A DNA stretch of 64,000 nt from positions 310,001-374,000 of the forward strand of contig OX337242.1 of the NCBI GenBank assembly GCA_946965045.2, read 5' to 3'. This DNA is from Epithemia pelagica (taxonomy: Eukaryota; Protista; Bacillariophyta). Positions 54,955 to 64,000 of this stretch are shown here, in pieces. A program made the position numbers and the translations under genes. Under the pieces are notes generated by a model. The model had not been told where the DNA came from and made no database searches. It saw only the letters and a program-made list of their open reading frames with translations. Each line of letters begins with the position of its first letter. The first letter of the stretch is position 1.

Positions 54955-57900
54955 ATGACCATGCTCATTATTTCATTTTTGTTGAGCATCCATCACGTGT
55001 CCGCCTTCTTCTTTTATGCACATGATTCATTCTGCAATCTTGTAGTGTCAAACTCAGAAACGCATTCACATTGGAGGCCACAAAGAAGCTTTGGAGAAAA
55101 AATGGAGCGCTCTCGTTCGAGAGAAAATGATGATGGTATGGAGTCCAGTGCAGAAGAAGTCGTAAGCACTCATTCCATGAAAGGATTCTTCCTCGATTAT
55201 CATGCAAGATCGGCTGAGGAAAACCACTCCCCAGAAGAAGACAGGTTTGTGGAGCATTCAAAGGAGAGGGAAAGTTCTGATGAACGAGATGAGCCACTTG
55301 TGGAAGATCAACAAGACTCTAGTTTGGCCGAGAATTTGGAGCTGAACCAGTCAAGGGGTAGCGAGCAGCAAGACTGCGAGGTACAACACAACGATGACCT
55401 CTCATCGCAGTCGCAAGATTCTCCTTTTACAAATGAAGAGCAAGGAGACACAACCGAAACGGGGGACCAAGACATCCAAGAGGACAACGATGGACAAATC
55501 ACTAGTACGCCGAGCAAAGCAGGCAACGACGAATCCAAGACACAGGAATTGGTACAAGTCGACTCTTTGAACACTACATCTAGCTCTACATCTATTCGAC
55601 GTGTTGTGGGTTTGACTGGTCGAATCCGAAGTTTCTTGAAGGGAGGAAAGCATGAAAAGCTAGATTCCAAGGTATCGACTACAGCAACCCGACAAGATTC
55701 GAACCCAATGGACAAAACGGTTGCACGCACAGACATGCTAGACGTTCCGGTACAAGAGAGCAGCGTCCCATCCAACGAACTGGAAAAAGTTGCAACAGAA
55801 GAGGATCTCACAAAGTTGATTGAGCAAATCAAAGGGTTTATCGATTCAATCGGTATTTTCATGAAAACCCGTCTTTCTCAAGAAGTGACGGCGATGATGC
55901 ATCAGTCAGAAATTCAAGGGCCTTCGACATCGGATGTAACTTCGGTGGCCAATGATGTTGCGGGTTGGATGAAGGACAACATCCAGCGCTCATCCATTCA
56001 GGCATCTTGGTGTCAAGGGGACAATATCAAATCCATGACACAAGGCTTTGGTTGTGGTTCAAACGACAGTGAGAAGGACTCCATGGCTCATGGTTTAGTT
56101 TGTGGCCCAAATTACAACGCAAATGAGTTACACAAATCTCCTGATTTGGATCTACTACTCAATCGATTCTACGACGCAGTTGGTGTTATGGAAGCATCCG
56201 TGGATGTCATTGTTAAAATGCCGGGGAGGGTCACGAATGATATCCAGAAAACATGGAACGAATGGAGTGCCCAGCTTTCGTGGATCCGAACCGAGGCGGA
56301 AACGAAACAATGGGCAGCAATTGAAGGCGGTCAGGATTTTACAGAGGAGCTGTTGAAGCATCCTCTTCCAGTCCTCCATGTGGATCAAGCTGTGGAAGGC
56401 GAACCAAAGGATGCAACCGATGGTGTCCAGAAGACAGATGTTTCGCCTAGAGGAAAAGATTCTTCATGTTCCTCATTGGCAAGCAATGCATGCTCAACAA
56501 AAGCTTCTTCTTCTGTGAAACGGGCACCACCGAAGAAGAACAAGCCACACAAAAGCAAGGAAGAACAGCCACGTAGTCGTTCTTCTGGGTCTTCGAAACG
56601 CCTTTTCCGTTTCAGTTTTGCGAAGAGCAAGCGAAAGACACAAGACCCCTCGTCGGTATCGGGCAGTACGAAGGATCAGAAACAAGAGGACGAGGCAGGC
56701 TTACCAGTGGACAACAGTAACAACACTGTCGCTAAGGCGTCCAAGCCCGTAGAGAGCGCGTCTGGGGAGAGAACTATCCAAGAAGAGGACCTTGAGAAGC
56801 GGTCTCACATTGATTCACATGTCAAATCGACTCCAAAGCACCAAGCAGATCAAGAAGACGACACGGTCACAGATGGAAAACTCAATAAGACATGCTTGAA
56901 TACTTGCATGCCGGACGAACAAGAACCTTTGTGCTGTGCTCCTTTTGCTTGTGGTAACAATGCCGAGCTGGAAACTACGGACCAAGACGATATCTCAATC
57001 ACTTTCACCACGGGGGATGTGGCAACTGAGGCCCCCTCCTTGGCGGATGCCAAACCCACCAACATCACTGAGAACCCACAAGTCGAAAGCACCGTACAAG
57101 ACAACGAAGAATCAATGGAGGATCGCGTGGAAAGTGGTTCCACAAAAGCTAAATCTGTCAGTGCCGTAAGGTCATTTTTCTCGTTTTGGAGTGTAGCCGA
57201 GCCAGAAAAGAATCATGATAAAGAGATTCCAGAGTCTCAGGAAGAGGCTTCTCTCCAAGCGGATCTTGTCAAAGAACCAAATGTCACCACTACCACAACG
57301 GATCAGGTGGAGAATTCATCGACGCAAGAGCAGGCAGAAACTTCATCTAACGACGGAGTCCATGATATCAAAGAAAATGGAAGTCAAGACAAGAATGTAA
57401 GCGATGTAGACCAACAGGACGACATGTTGTGTGCACCATTCGTATGTTGTAATACCGAGCCTGAACCCGTTGACGAGGAAGACAACATTGTGAGTCCCAG
57501 TACTCCAACGTCCCAGCTAGAATTTGAAGAAACAACTACTGTGACCGAGCCTTCTAAAGTCAGCAACATTCCGACAGAGAAAGAATCGATCAAGGACCAC
57601 CTAGAAGATACGAATGGAAACCCTCCATTAGAAAAGACAAAACGCAGCAAGGGCGGGAAACGCGGAAAAAGCTTCTCCAAGGGAATGCACTCTATATTTT
57701 CTCGGTCTCATAGATCAGGCAAAGTCCGGAAAACCAAGAAAGCTATTCCAGTTGAGAATCTAGATGACCGAGGAAATCCCAGCGCAATTGAAAAGGAGGG
57801 CGCAGACTCCAAATCAGCTAGCACAACAACCGCTGCCAATGCTTTGGTTGATCCATCTAATGTGAAGAAGTCGTCTGACAACCGTAGTTGGGGTAAGCCA

Positions 57901-59298
57901 TCCCAAGGGACAACGAACACTTCGAATGAGAAAGGTACAACTGTGGATGCTGTCGAGCAAAGTGCGGAGAAAGCCACAAAAGATATGGAAGTGGAACATT
58001 CCAATGCAGTGACCATGTCGGAAATCAACAGCCTATCCATTGAGGAACACCCAGCCGATGAAACAACAGAAAATGCCAAAGCTGTGCTTCTCAGGAATGA
58101 CCTTTCTCCTGACACGGAAGAAGGAAACAAAAGTGAGGCAATGAATCAGCAGACGATTATCCCGCCAACATTCCAAGGCGAACCACAGCCATCCGAAAAC
58201 AATACAACAAAAATGGCGGAAGACACGGCGGATTCCTCCAGTAAACGAAGCTCTTCCAAGTCGAAAAAGAGAGGCTTCCAATTCCGAGTGAAAAAGTCTT
58301 TAGTGGAACCTGTTGTTATGGGCACGGAAGAAATTGAAACAAAACGTGGCGTAGCAAAGTTCGCAGGTTCTCTCAAGGCCAAGACCATGAATTCAATCTC
58401 AAGCAAGAACTTTGGTCCATTATCTAGAAAGAAGAAACATGAACAGAAAGAGAAATCGGACGATACCGTCACGACAACCCAAAATACAGCCGTCACCGAG
58501 AAGGATGCTCTACAAGTCATTGTACCAAGTGGGCGTTCGACCATGGGTCAGGGTTCCAAGGTTGAAACTGAGAAGACCAGCCGACTCGGGGCTTTGGCTC
58601 AAGGAACGGAGCGTTCAGTCCAAGGAATGGTTGACAAAGACGAAAAGGTCACGACGGATTCTCAAACTTCACACATGGCTCCACCTGAAACAGTGAGAAG
58701 TACCTCGAGAGGATCCGACTCCCGTGGCGAGAAGAAAAGAATCCAGTTTGTAGATCAACTAGAGGAATTCGACGATCAGGGGATCGAAAGGGTTCTCTCG
58801 TCTACCGTTGATACATTAAGGTATGAATCGAAGGAAGGAAAAGACAAGCAATCCGTTACACCATCGACAACAAAGAACAATGAGCGATCCGAAAAACTAG
58901 ATGAAACCAAACAGGAAATGACCGAAGATGACAAAGGAATTGAGCTGACAGTTAGCAAGAGCGCGTGGGATGGACCGTCGTTTGTCCCACTCAACCAGGC
59001 ATCAATGGAATCGGAAGGTTCAGACGGAGGTGATGACGATCCATTGTTGCCGAGACCCGAGTCGTATGACACGGGAGATTCCCGATCGCAGCATACCAAT
59101 ATTCTCACTGATACCTGGCAAACAGCGACCGAGTTGATGTGCTCACGACAAGGCGAAGCGGACGTGGACGACTCGAGTGAAGTCACTCCGGTGGATGCCG
59201 CATTCTTTGACAAGGCACTGGCGGCTACCACAAAATCGTGGATGCCCTGGGGCAAAAAGAAAGTCCCCAAGAAACTAACATTTGTCGGATTGCCCTAA
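54955..59298 (+). CDS. Cluster family B member 3, ~1400-aa acidic disordered protein
   Basis: Uninterrupted 4.3-kb ORF with uncertain start (ATG 54955 or 55102, or a small upstream exon 54862-54892). C-terminal DTWQTATELMC...DDSSEVTPVDAAFFDKAL. Confidence 0.85.
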   Translation: MTMLIISFLLSIHHVSAFFFYAHDSFCNLVVSNSETHSHWRPQRSFGEKMERSRSRENDDGMESSAEEVVSTHSMKGFFLDYHARSAEENHSPEEDRFVEHSKERESSDERDEPLVEDQQDSSLAENLELNQSRGSEQQDCEVQHNDDLSSQSQDSPFTNEEQGDTTETGDQDIQEDNDGQITSTPSKAGNDESKTQELVQVDSLNTTSSSTSIRRVVGLTGRIRSFLKGGKHEKLDSKVSTTATRQDSNPMDKTVARTDMLDVPVQESSVPSNELEKVATEEDLTKLIEQIKGFIDSIGIFMKTRLSQEVTAMMHQSEIQGPSTSDVTSVANDVAGWMKDNIQRSSIQASWCQGDNIKSMTQGFGCGSNDSEKDSMAHGLVCGPNYNANELHKSPDLDLLLNRFYDAVGVMEASVDVIVKMPGRVTNDIQKTWNEWSAQLSWIRTEAETKQWAAIEGGQDFTEELLKHPLPVLHVDQAVEGEPKDATDGVQKTDVSPRGKDSSCSSLASNACSTKASSSVKRAPPKKNKPHKSKEEQPRSRSSGSSKRLFRFSFAKSKRKTQDPSSVSGSTKDQKQEDEAGLPVDNSNNTVAKASKPVESASGERTIQEEDLEKRSHIDSHVKSTPKHQADQEDDTVTDGKLNKTCLNTCMPDEQEPLCCAPFACGNNAELETTDQDDISITFTTGDVATEAPSLADAKPTNITENPQVESTVQDNEESMEDRVESGSTKAKSVSAVRSFFSFWSVAEPEKNHDKEIPESQEEASLQADLVKEPNVTTTTTDQVENSSTQEQAETSSNDGVHDIKENGSQDKNVSDVDQQDDMLCAPFVCCNTEPEPVDEEDNIVSPSTPTSQLEFEETTTVTEPSKVSNIPTEKESIKDHLEDTNGNPPLEKTKRSKGGKRGKSFSKGMHSIFSRSHRSGKVRKTKKAIPVENLDDRGNPSAIEKEGADSKSASTTTAANALVDPSNVKKSSDNRSWGKPSQGTTNTSNEKGTTVDAVEQSAEKATKDMEVEHSNAVTMSEINSLSIEEHPADETTENAKAVLLRNDLSPDTEEGNKSEAMNQQTIIPPTFQGEPQPSENNTTKMAEDTADSSSKRSSSKSKKRGFQFRVKKSLVEPVVMGTEEIETKRGVAKFAGSLKAKTMNSISSKNFGPLSRKKKHEQKEKSDDTVTTTQNTAVTEKDALQVIVPSGRSTMGQGSKVETEKTSRLGALAQGTERSVQGMVDKDEKVTTDSQTSHMAPPETVRSTSRGSDSRGEKKRIQFVDQLEEFDDQGIERVLSSTVDTLRYESKEGKDKQSVTPSTTKNNERSEKLDETKQEMTEDDKGIELTVSKSAWDGPSFVPLNQASMESEGSDGGDDDPLLPRPESYDTGDSRSQHTNILTDTWQTATELMCSRQGEADVDDSSEVTPVDAAFFDKALAATTKSWMPWGKKKVPKKLTFVGLP

Positions 59299-59978
59299 GT
59301 ACGTGTGTGATTGGTCCTGTCCCTGTGACTGTGTGTGGAAGAGAAAGTCACTTTTGGATGATGACGCCATTGTCATCTTTGATCTCTAGATCGCTCTTGG
59401 TTCGTTGTGTGACTCCCTACCTTAAGCTTTCTTCTGTGAGGGTAGCCATGCGCTCGATAGACTCTCATGAGCGTCAGTCGCTCATAGATCTCGAATGTAA
59501 TATTGTACTGTTGTTAAGAGAAATGCCCAATAGTAGTATATAAAGATGGGTAATATTGTAACGTTCCTAACCGTAGATTCAGATGATTCCCTGCTAAGTA
59601 CGACGTTTTGCCCCTAAGTAACAGATAGTGCCCTTCGAAATCCACGTGACGTATCCTACATTAGAATAGAGACTTTGTGTACATTAGAAAGACCAATTTG
59701 GTCTTGATCGTGTATAACATTTTATCAAAAACAAAAATTTGGCGAGGAAAATTGTAAGCTCACCTAAGTACTGGCGGGCTGCGAGCGGAACGAAAGGATC
59801 GATCCACCCTATTTGTTTTTCTCAGTTTCTCGCAAAAACAACTTTCATCCTCCATGGACCCCTTCCTTGATCCAACGAAACCAACATCAACAAAAAAACT
59901 ACACAGTTCTCGTCCTCCGCATCGAAAAAGCAAGTCAGTCAAACCGGAGAGAGAGAGAGGACGACGCAACGAGTTGCC

Positions 59979-62900
59979 ATGATGCGACGACGTTGGTTCG
60001 TAAAGAATCGACAGGCGGTCAAGGAGGAGAAGAAAGTGGAAACATCCATTAACCCAGCCGCCTCCTTTGAGTTGGTCAATAAATCAAACCGACGTAAGGA
60101 CAAGAAAAACAAATCATCCACAGCTCGTGCGGTGGAGGCACCATCGAAAGAGCAACCACAGTCTCAGGAACAGCGAGATGAAATCAGTGGTAGTGCCGAC
60201 CGAGAACCAAGCAAAGTACCTGAGCGAGACAAAGCTCCCTTGAAAACGCATGCAGATTTTTTTCTTCACTCCATGTCCCTCGAAGAAGAGGAACTGGCCA
60301 AGACTCTCGGAAACAAGAACACAGTGAATGTATCCAGAGCCTCCTCCTCCAACAGATGTGCTTCACCGGAACCAACCACCACGTCTCATGCGGACTTTAT
60401 CCTTTCGACGCTCTCGCAAGAACAGGAACAACAAGCTCTTGTTGCCGTACTATCGGCCGTGGAAGCACTCAAAGCCAAGTCCCAAGATGCAGTGTCCAAT
60501 TTGGCACAAATTGTATCTGCCATTGACAGCATTGAAGAGTCACCCGACTCCTCCGATGGACGAGCCATGGTCTCTGTGCTCCCCAAGTCGGATGCTCCCT
60601 CCATTCCCAACTATGTGGAGGCAGACGAAGACGGGGATGACGATATTGTCTCCAACGAGAACAACACTCTTACTTATCAATCCATGACTGCGGGAGAGCG
60701 CCTGACACGATTCGCAGGATGCATGGTTCCCATGGCCTTAGTCGGTGGGTGTGCTGGAGATGAATTGAAGACCACCGAGTCGGTCGATGCCGAAATTGCC
60801 GCGGCAACAAAGGCACAGAAAAAGACCAAGGACAAAAAGAAGGTACATGGAAAAGCAAAACGTGAAGACAAATCAGAACCACCCAAAGCGCCTCTGGACA
60901 AGTTGGTGGATACTATGGAAGATCAAATCAAGGGTGTGTTTGGAGAATCGGGGGAACTCGGGAACCGACCAAGACATGCCAAGAGTAGTGCTGTACAAGG
61001 CTCTCCGTCCGGCAGCACTGCTCCAGAAAGCGACGTGGAAGAGGAAGCGGCGCCTTCTGTTCCTGCACAAGAAGAAGAACAGGGCATGTCGGATGACTCG
61101 GTCACTGAGCTTGAAACGCCAGCAGCTCCGGTGGCCATATCGACCACTGAAGCCAAAGCCATGGAGGATATGATTCGAGCCCAGCGGGAAATGGGTCTAG
61201 GTTCTAGAATGCGCCTGGAAGTAGTCAAAGAGGAGGAAGAAAAACAGCTGCTCGAAATGAAGACGACATCCAAGTCGGAAGATATGACGGTATCGTTTGA
61301 TTCGTTGTCGAAATCGAATTCTCGGACCGTTGTCAGGTCCATGACCAAAGACTCCTTGAACGCTATTGACGAACATGCCGAGCAGGAGGATGATCAGGCA
61401 AAGGAGCAGAAATTAGAGACTGTCGACGAACTTGTATCACAGACCGGAAAGAAAAACAAGAAGGCCGCTGACTCATCCAAGAAAAGTAAGAGAGGCAACC
61501 GGTTGTTTAAAGGAGGAGGAAAACCGTGGAAGACTAAAATGCAATTCTCGTCCAAAGCCAAAAATATGGACGCCGCTGTGGACACTGAATCAGATGCTGA
61601 AGTCAACCAACCAAAGCCTGAAGAAAAGACACCGGAACCATCCGTGCAAGAACAAATGTTGCCTCCCCATCCTCCTCAAGCCAAGAAAAACATACTGGAC
61701 GAGAAGAAATCACAGATTGAAACTGATCATTCGCTGGAAGAATTGCCAACTACGGAGAGTACCGTTTCTGTTGAATCAATCGTTGAGAAACTCAAGCTAT
61801 ACAATGAAGCTAATCGATCCGGCTCATTGGACGAAACGGATGGCTTCTTGAAAAAATTGGAATCGGACAAGGCGACTTCCCGAAAGGAGGCAAGCCCGAA
61901 CACGCGAGGTCACGAAGAAGGCCGTCTGGCGGAGACCCAATCGGGATCCACCGACTCTTATGATATGAATCCTATCCCAAAAGACACCCCAACGTCTCAG
62001 CCCTCACCCGTCGAAAACAAGGAGGTTATTGGCGGAGTAGTCGATGAGTCGGGTACCGCGGAAAAAGCAAGAAAAGAAGGCAGAGGAAGGAAAAAGAAAA
62101 GTCGTACCGCAGTCGATGGTAAACCTCCGAGACCTGCGCGACGGGCCACCGGAGAGAAGAATCTCAATCCCGTTATCGTGTCCAGCACTTCCAGAGATTC
62201 CGATAGTGCATTCTCCAACAAATCCGCGAGGTCGAAAAATTCGGATGCAGGTTCGAAAACCAAAAAGAAGACTCGACGAAACAACTCAATGGACACAGCG
62301 TCTTCGAAATCGTCTCAGAGCTCGTCCGATTCAATCGCTAAACATCAGGACAAGCAACAAGAAGAACCTCCTCTATCTGTCGGCGCAGACTCACCAGCAA
62401 CGGTAGAACCGTCGGACCGAAAGACGAAGCGCCGGTTTGCTGGTGGAAAACGTTCCGAACAAACTCAAGAGAAAGGAGGCCGTCGTCGATTGAAAGGCTT
62501 TCTACGATCCGCCGTGGGACAAAAGTCGAACAATAACAATACTCAAACCATTGACAATGCCTCGGGACCCGCCAACCACAGCAACGAAATGAACCTGGAT
62601 GACAAAACTGGTTCCAAGGCTGCAGAGAACACCCGCAGTGCTTCTCCGGTCGAAGATGTCCCTCAAAAGACCTCATCAGCTGCGAATGACAGTGAAAGTG
62701 ACTGTTTTAGTGGTGTCGTCTCATCTGAAGAAGATGATAAAGACATTGTCCCAGACGCCGATACGAATCAACTAGTGTTATCAGTAAAACAAGTGAGATC
62801 GTCAGCGATTGAAATCACCACTGCCGATTCGATGGACTCAGAGCTAGCGTCAGCGTTGCTGGAACAATCATCGTCCCGACTGACGGAAGTATCTTCCATG

Positions 62901-63203
62901 GGAGCTGACTCCATGATGGACGAGGAAGTTGATGCGTCCTCCTGGAAAGTCAGCGTTCTAGACGGAGATACTTGGAACGCTGCAATCGACTTGTTGGGAA
63001 TATCCAGGGTGATGGGATGCGAGTGTCAAGATGACACGAGTCAAACAACCCCCGTAAATGCACAATTCTTTGACAATGCCATGACGGATTCGGCCCGTCA
63101 TGTCATGTCGCCCTGGTGGAATGATGAACGTCGATCCCGCCGAAAACCGTCCTCACGCAAGAGCCGTTCCAGACATTCCTATTCCGCATATGACCGAAAC
63201 TAA
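59979..63203 (+). CDS. Cluster family B member 4, 1074-aa disordered protein
   Basis: Uninterrupted ORF. Internal repeat (T/S)HADFxLxxxSxExE and a short coiled-coil-like segment. C-terminal DTWNAAIDLLG...DDTSQTTPVNAQFFDNAMTDSA. Confidence 0.85.
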   Translation: MMRRRWFVKNRQAVKEEKKVETSINPAASFELVNKSNRRKDKKNKSSTARAVEAPSKEQPQSQEQRDEISGSADREPSKVPERDKAPLKTHADFFLHSMSLEEEELAKTLGNKNTVNVSRASSSNRCASPEPTTTSHADFILSTLSQEQEQQALVAVLSAVEALKAKSQDAVSNLAQIVSAIDSIEESPDSSDGRAMVSVLPKSDAPSIPNYVEADEDGDDDIVSNENNTLTYQSMTAGERLTRFAGCMVPMALVGGCAGDELKTTESVDAEIAAATKAQKKTKDKKKVHGKAKREDKSEPPKAPLDKLVDTMEDQIKGVFGESGELGNRPRHAKSSAVQGSPSGSTAPESDVEEEAAPSVPAQEEEQGMSDDSVTELETPAAPVAISTTEAKAMEDMIRAQREMGLGSRMRLEVVKEEEEKQLLEMKTTSKSEDMTVSFDSLSKSNSRTVVRSMTKDSLNAIDEHAEQEDDQAKEQKLETVDELVSQTGKKNKKAADSSKKSKRGNRLFKGGGKPWKTKMQFSSKAKNMDAAVDTESDAEVNQPKPEEKTPEPSVQEQMLPPHPPQAKKNILDEKKSQIETDHSLEELPTTESTVSVESIVEKLKLYNEANRSGSLDETDGFLKKLESDKATSRKEASPNTRGHEEGRLAETQSGSTDSYDMNPIPKDTPTSQPSPVENKEVIGGVVDESGTAEKARKEGRGRKKKSRTAVDGKPPRPARRATGEKNLNPVIVSSTSRDSDSAFSNKSARSKNSDAGSKTKKKTRRNNSMDTASSKSSQSSSDSIAKHQDKQQEEPPLSVGADSPATVEPSDRKTKRRFAGGKRSEQTQEKGGRRRLKGFLRSAVGQKSNNNNTQTIDNASGPANHSNEMNLDDKTGSKAAENTRSASPVEDVPQKTSSAANDSESDCFSGVVSSEEDDKDIVPDADTNQLVLSVKQVRSSAIEITTADSMDSELASALLEQSSSRLTEVSSMGADSMMDEEVDASSWKVSVLDGDTWNAAIDLLGISRVMGCECQDDTSQTTPVNAQFFDNAMTDSARHVMSPWWNDERRSRRKPSSRKSRSRHSYSAYDRN

Positions 63204-64000
63204 ATACCATCAACCATGTAACCAGATAATAATGTATACACATGTTTCGTGCCGAATTCCTCTGGAAAAGCGCTAGCATATTGTACGGTACACTAGACAC
63301 GGAGACTTGTCGTAGAGAGGCGGCACGTATCATGTATCATGTATCATGTCGTCCATTGAATGCACGATACATAACGCGACGTCATCGTTTGATTTCCTTT
63401 TCAACTTACCCATGGGACCCGATGAATAGGAATGAGTACAACAGGTCGATTTTTTCCCAGTTCCCTGAATAATCGGTAGATTGTTGTGGGGGAGACCTGC
63501 GTCCTTCTGGGGGTAGGCCTATCAGAAATCCAGAAGCAGAACTGCCCCTTTACACCGACGCATGAGCCCCCAAATCCGCCAAACATGTGTGTGACAGAAG
63601 TGACAACGCACAATGGCGCATCGGAGCTGCTCCATGTCGACAGATACCCACAACAGACGATACGTTGATTCCTCCTTTCAACGCTCTGACATCAACCGTT
63701 GAGGGGACAGCCAAAATCGTTGCGTCCTCGTTCTGTCATAATATGTTCCGTGTGCGAATTAACAACAGTTGAAATCATGACAGTGTTCCAGTCTGTTGAT
63801 TGGACGGAGCGCACGGACGCCCTTCAAGACATAGGACAAGCCCCACCCAGGGTTCACACGGCAACGCGCAACGTACACCAACGAATGCCCACAATTCTGA
63901 GAGGCCTATCCCAACGGCAAGAAATGGTATCACCTTCCCCGTGTTACGAATTTTTGAGGTGTCCTTTAGCGAGTCTCTGTGCACATCGAATTGTCTTGCC

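Noticed and set aside
54955-55045. Signal-peptide/ASAF-like start MTMLIISFLLSIHHVSAFFF
   Set aside because: The stretch is pyrimidine-rich and ends in a good acceptor (ttgtag), so it may be intron or UTR. The rest of the protein looks cytosolic. Not supported as plastid targeting.
63326-63350. (tatcatg)x3 and similar short tandem runs, e.g. (gtgaggt)x3 near 24820
   Set aside because: Ordinary minisatellite-scale slippage.

Overview
Eukaryotic nuclear DNA, most likely a pennate diatom. This is inferred from short GT-AG introns, a DUF6824-like protein, diatom-style HMG-box and ankyrin proteins and a SAR-type NEDD8; the species cannot be determined. I found no rRNA, tRNA or CRISPR features. The left part (1-42 kb) holds conserved genes: a membrane-anchored EHD/dynamin-like GTPase, NEDD8 (missed by the ORF track), the CAF-1 large subunit, organellar IleRS, an ankyrin protein, DUF6824 and DUF4787 proteins and a TrmN6-like methyltransferase. 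It also holds a 2.17-kb NEDD8/HMG tandem duplication with lesions, a bacterial-type DNRLRE surface protein with a decayed paralog, and a secreted protein made of two copies of an unrecognised domain. The right part (42.2-63.2 kb) is the main discovery candidate: eight consecutive orphan genes for low-complexity, probably disordered proteins. They form two families defined by short shared motifs, and six of the seven spacers carry repeated (T/C)CAACGGA boxes resembling the MSA element bound by MYB3R. This suggests a co-regulated cell-division or sexual-stage gene cluster, which is an inference. A 117-bp MITE with 25-bp terminal inverted repeats and a 10-bp target duplication lies inside the cluster. 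All alignments and counts were done by eye.
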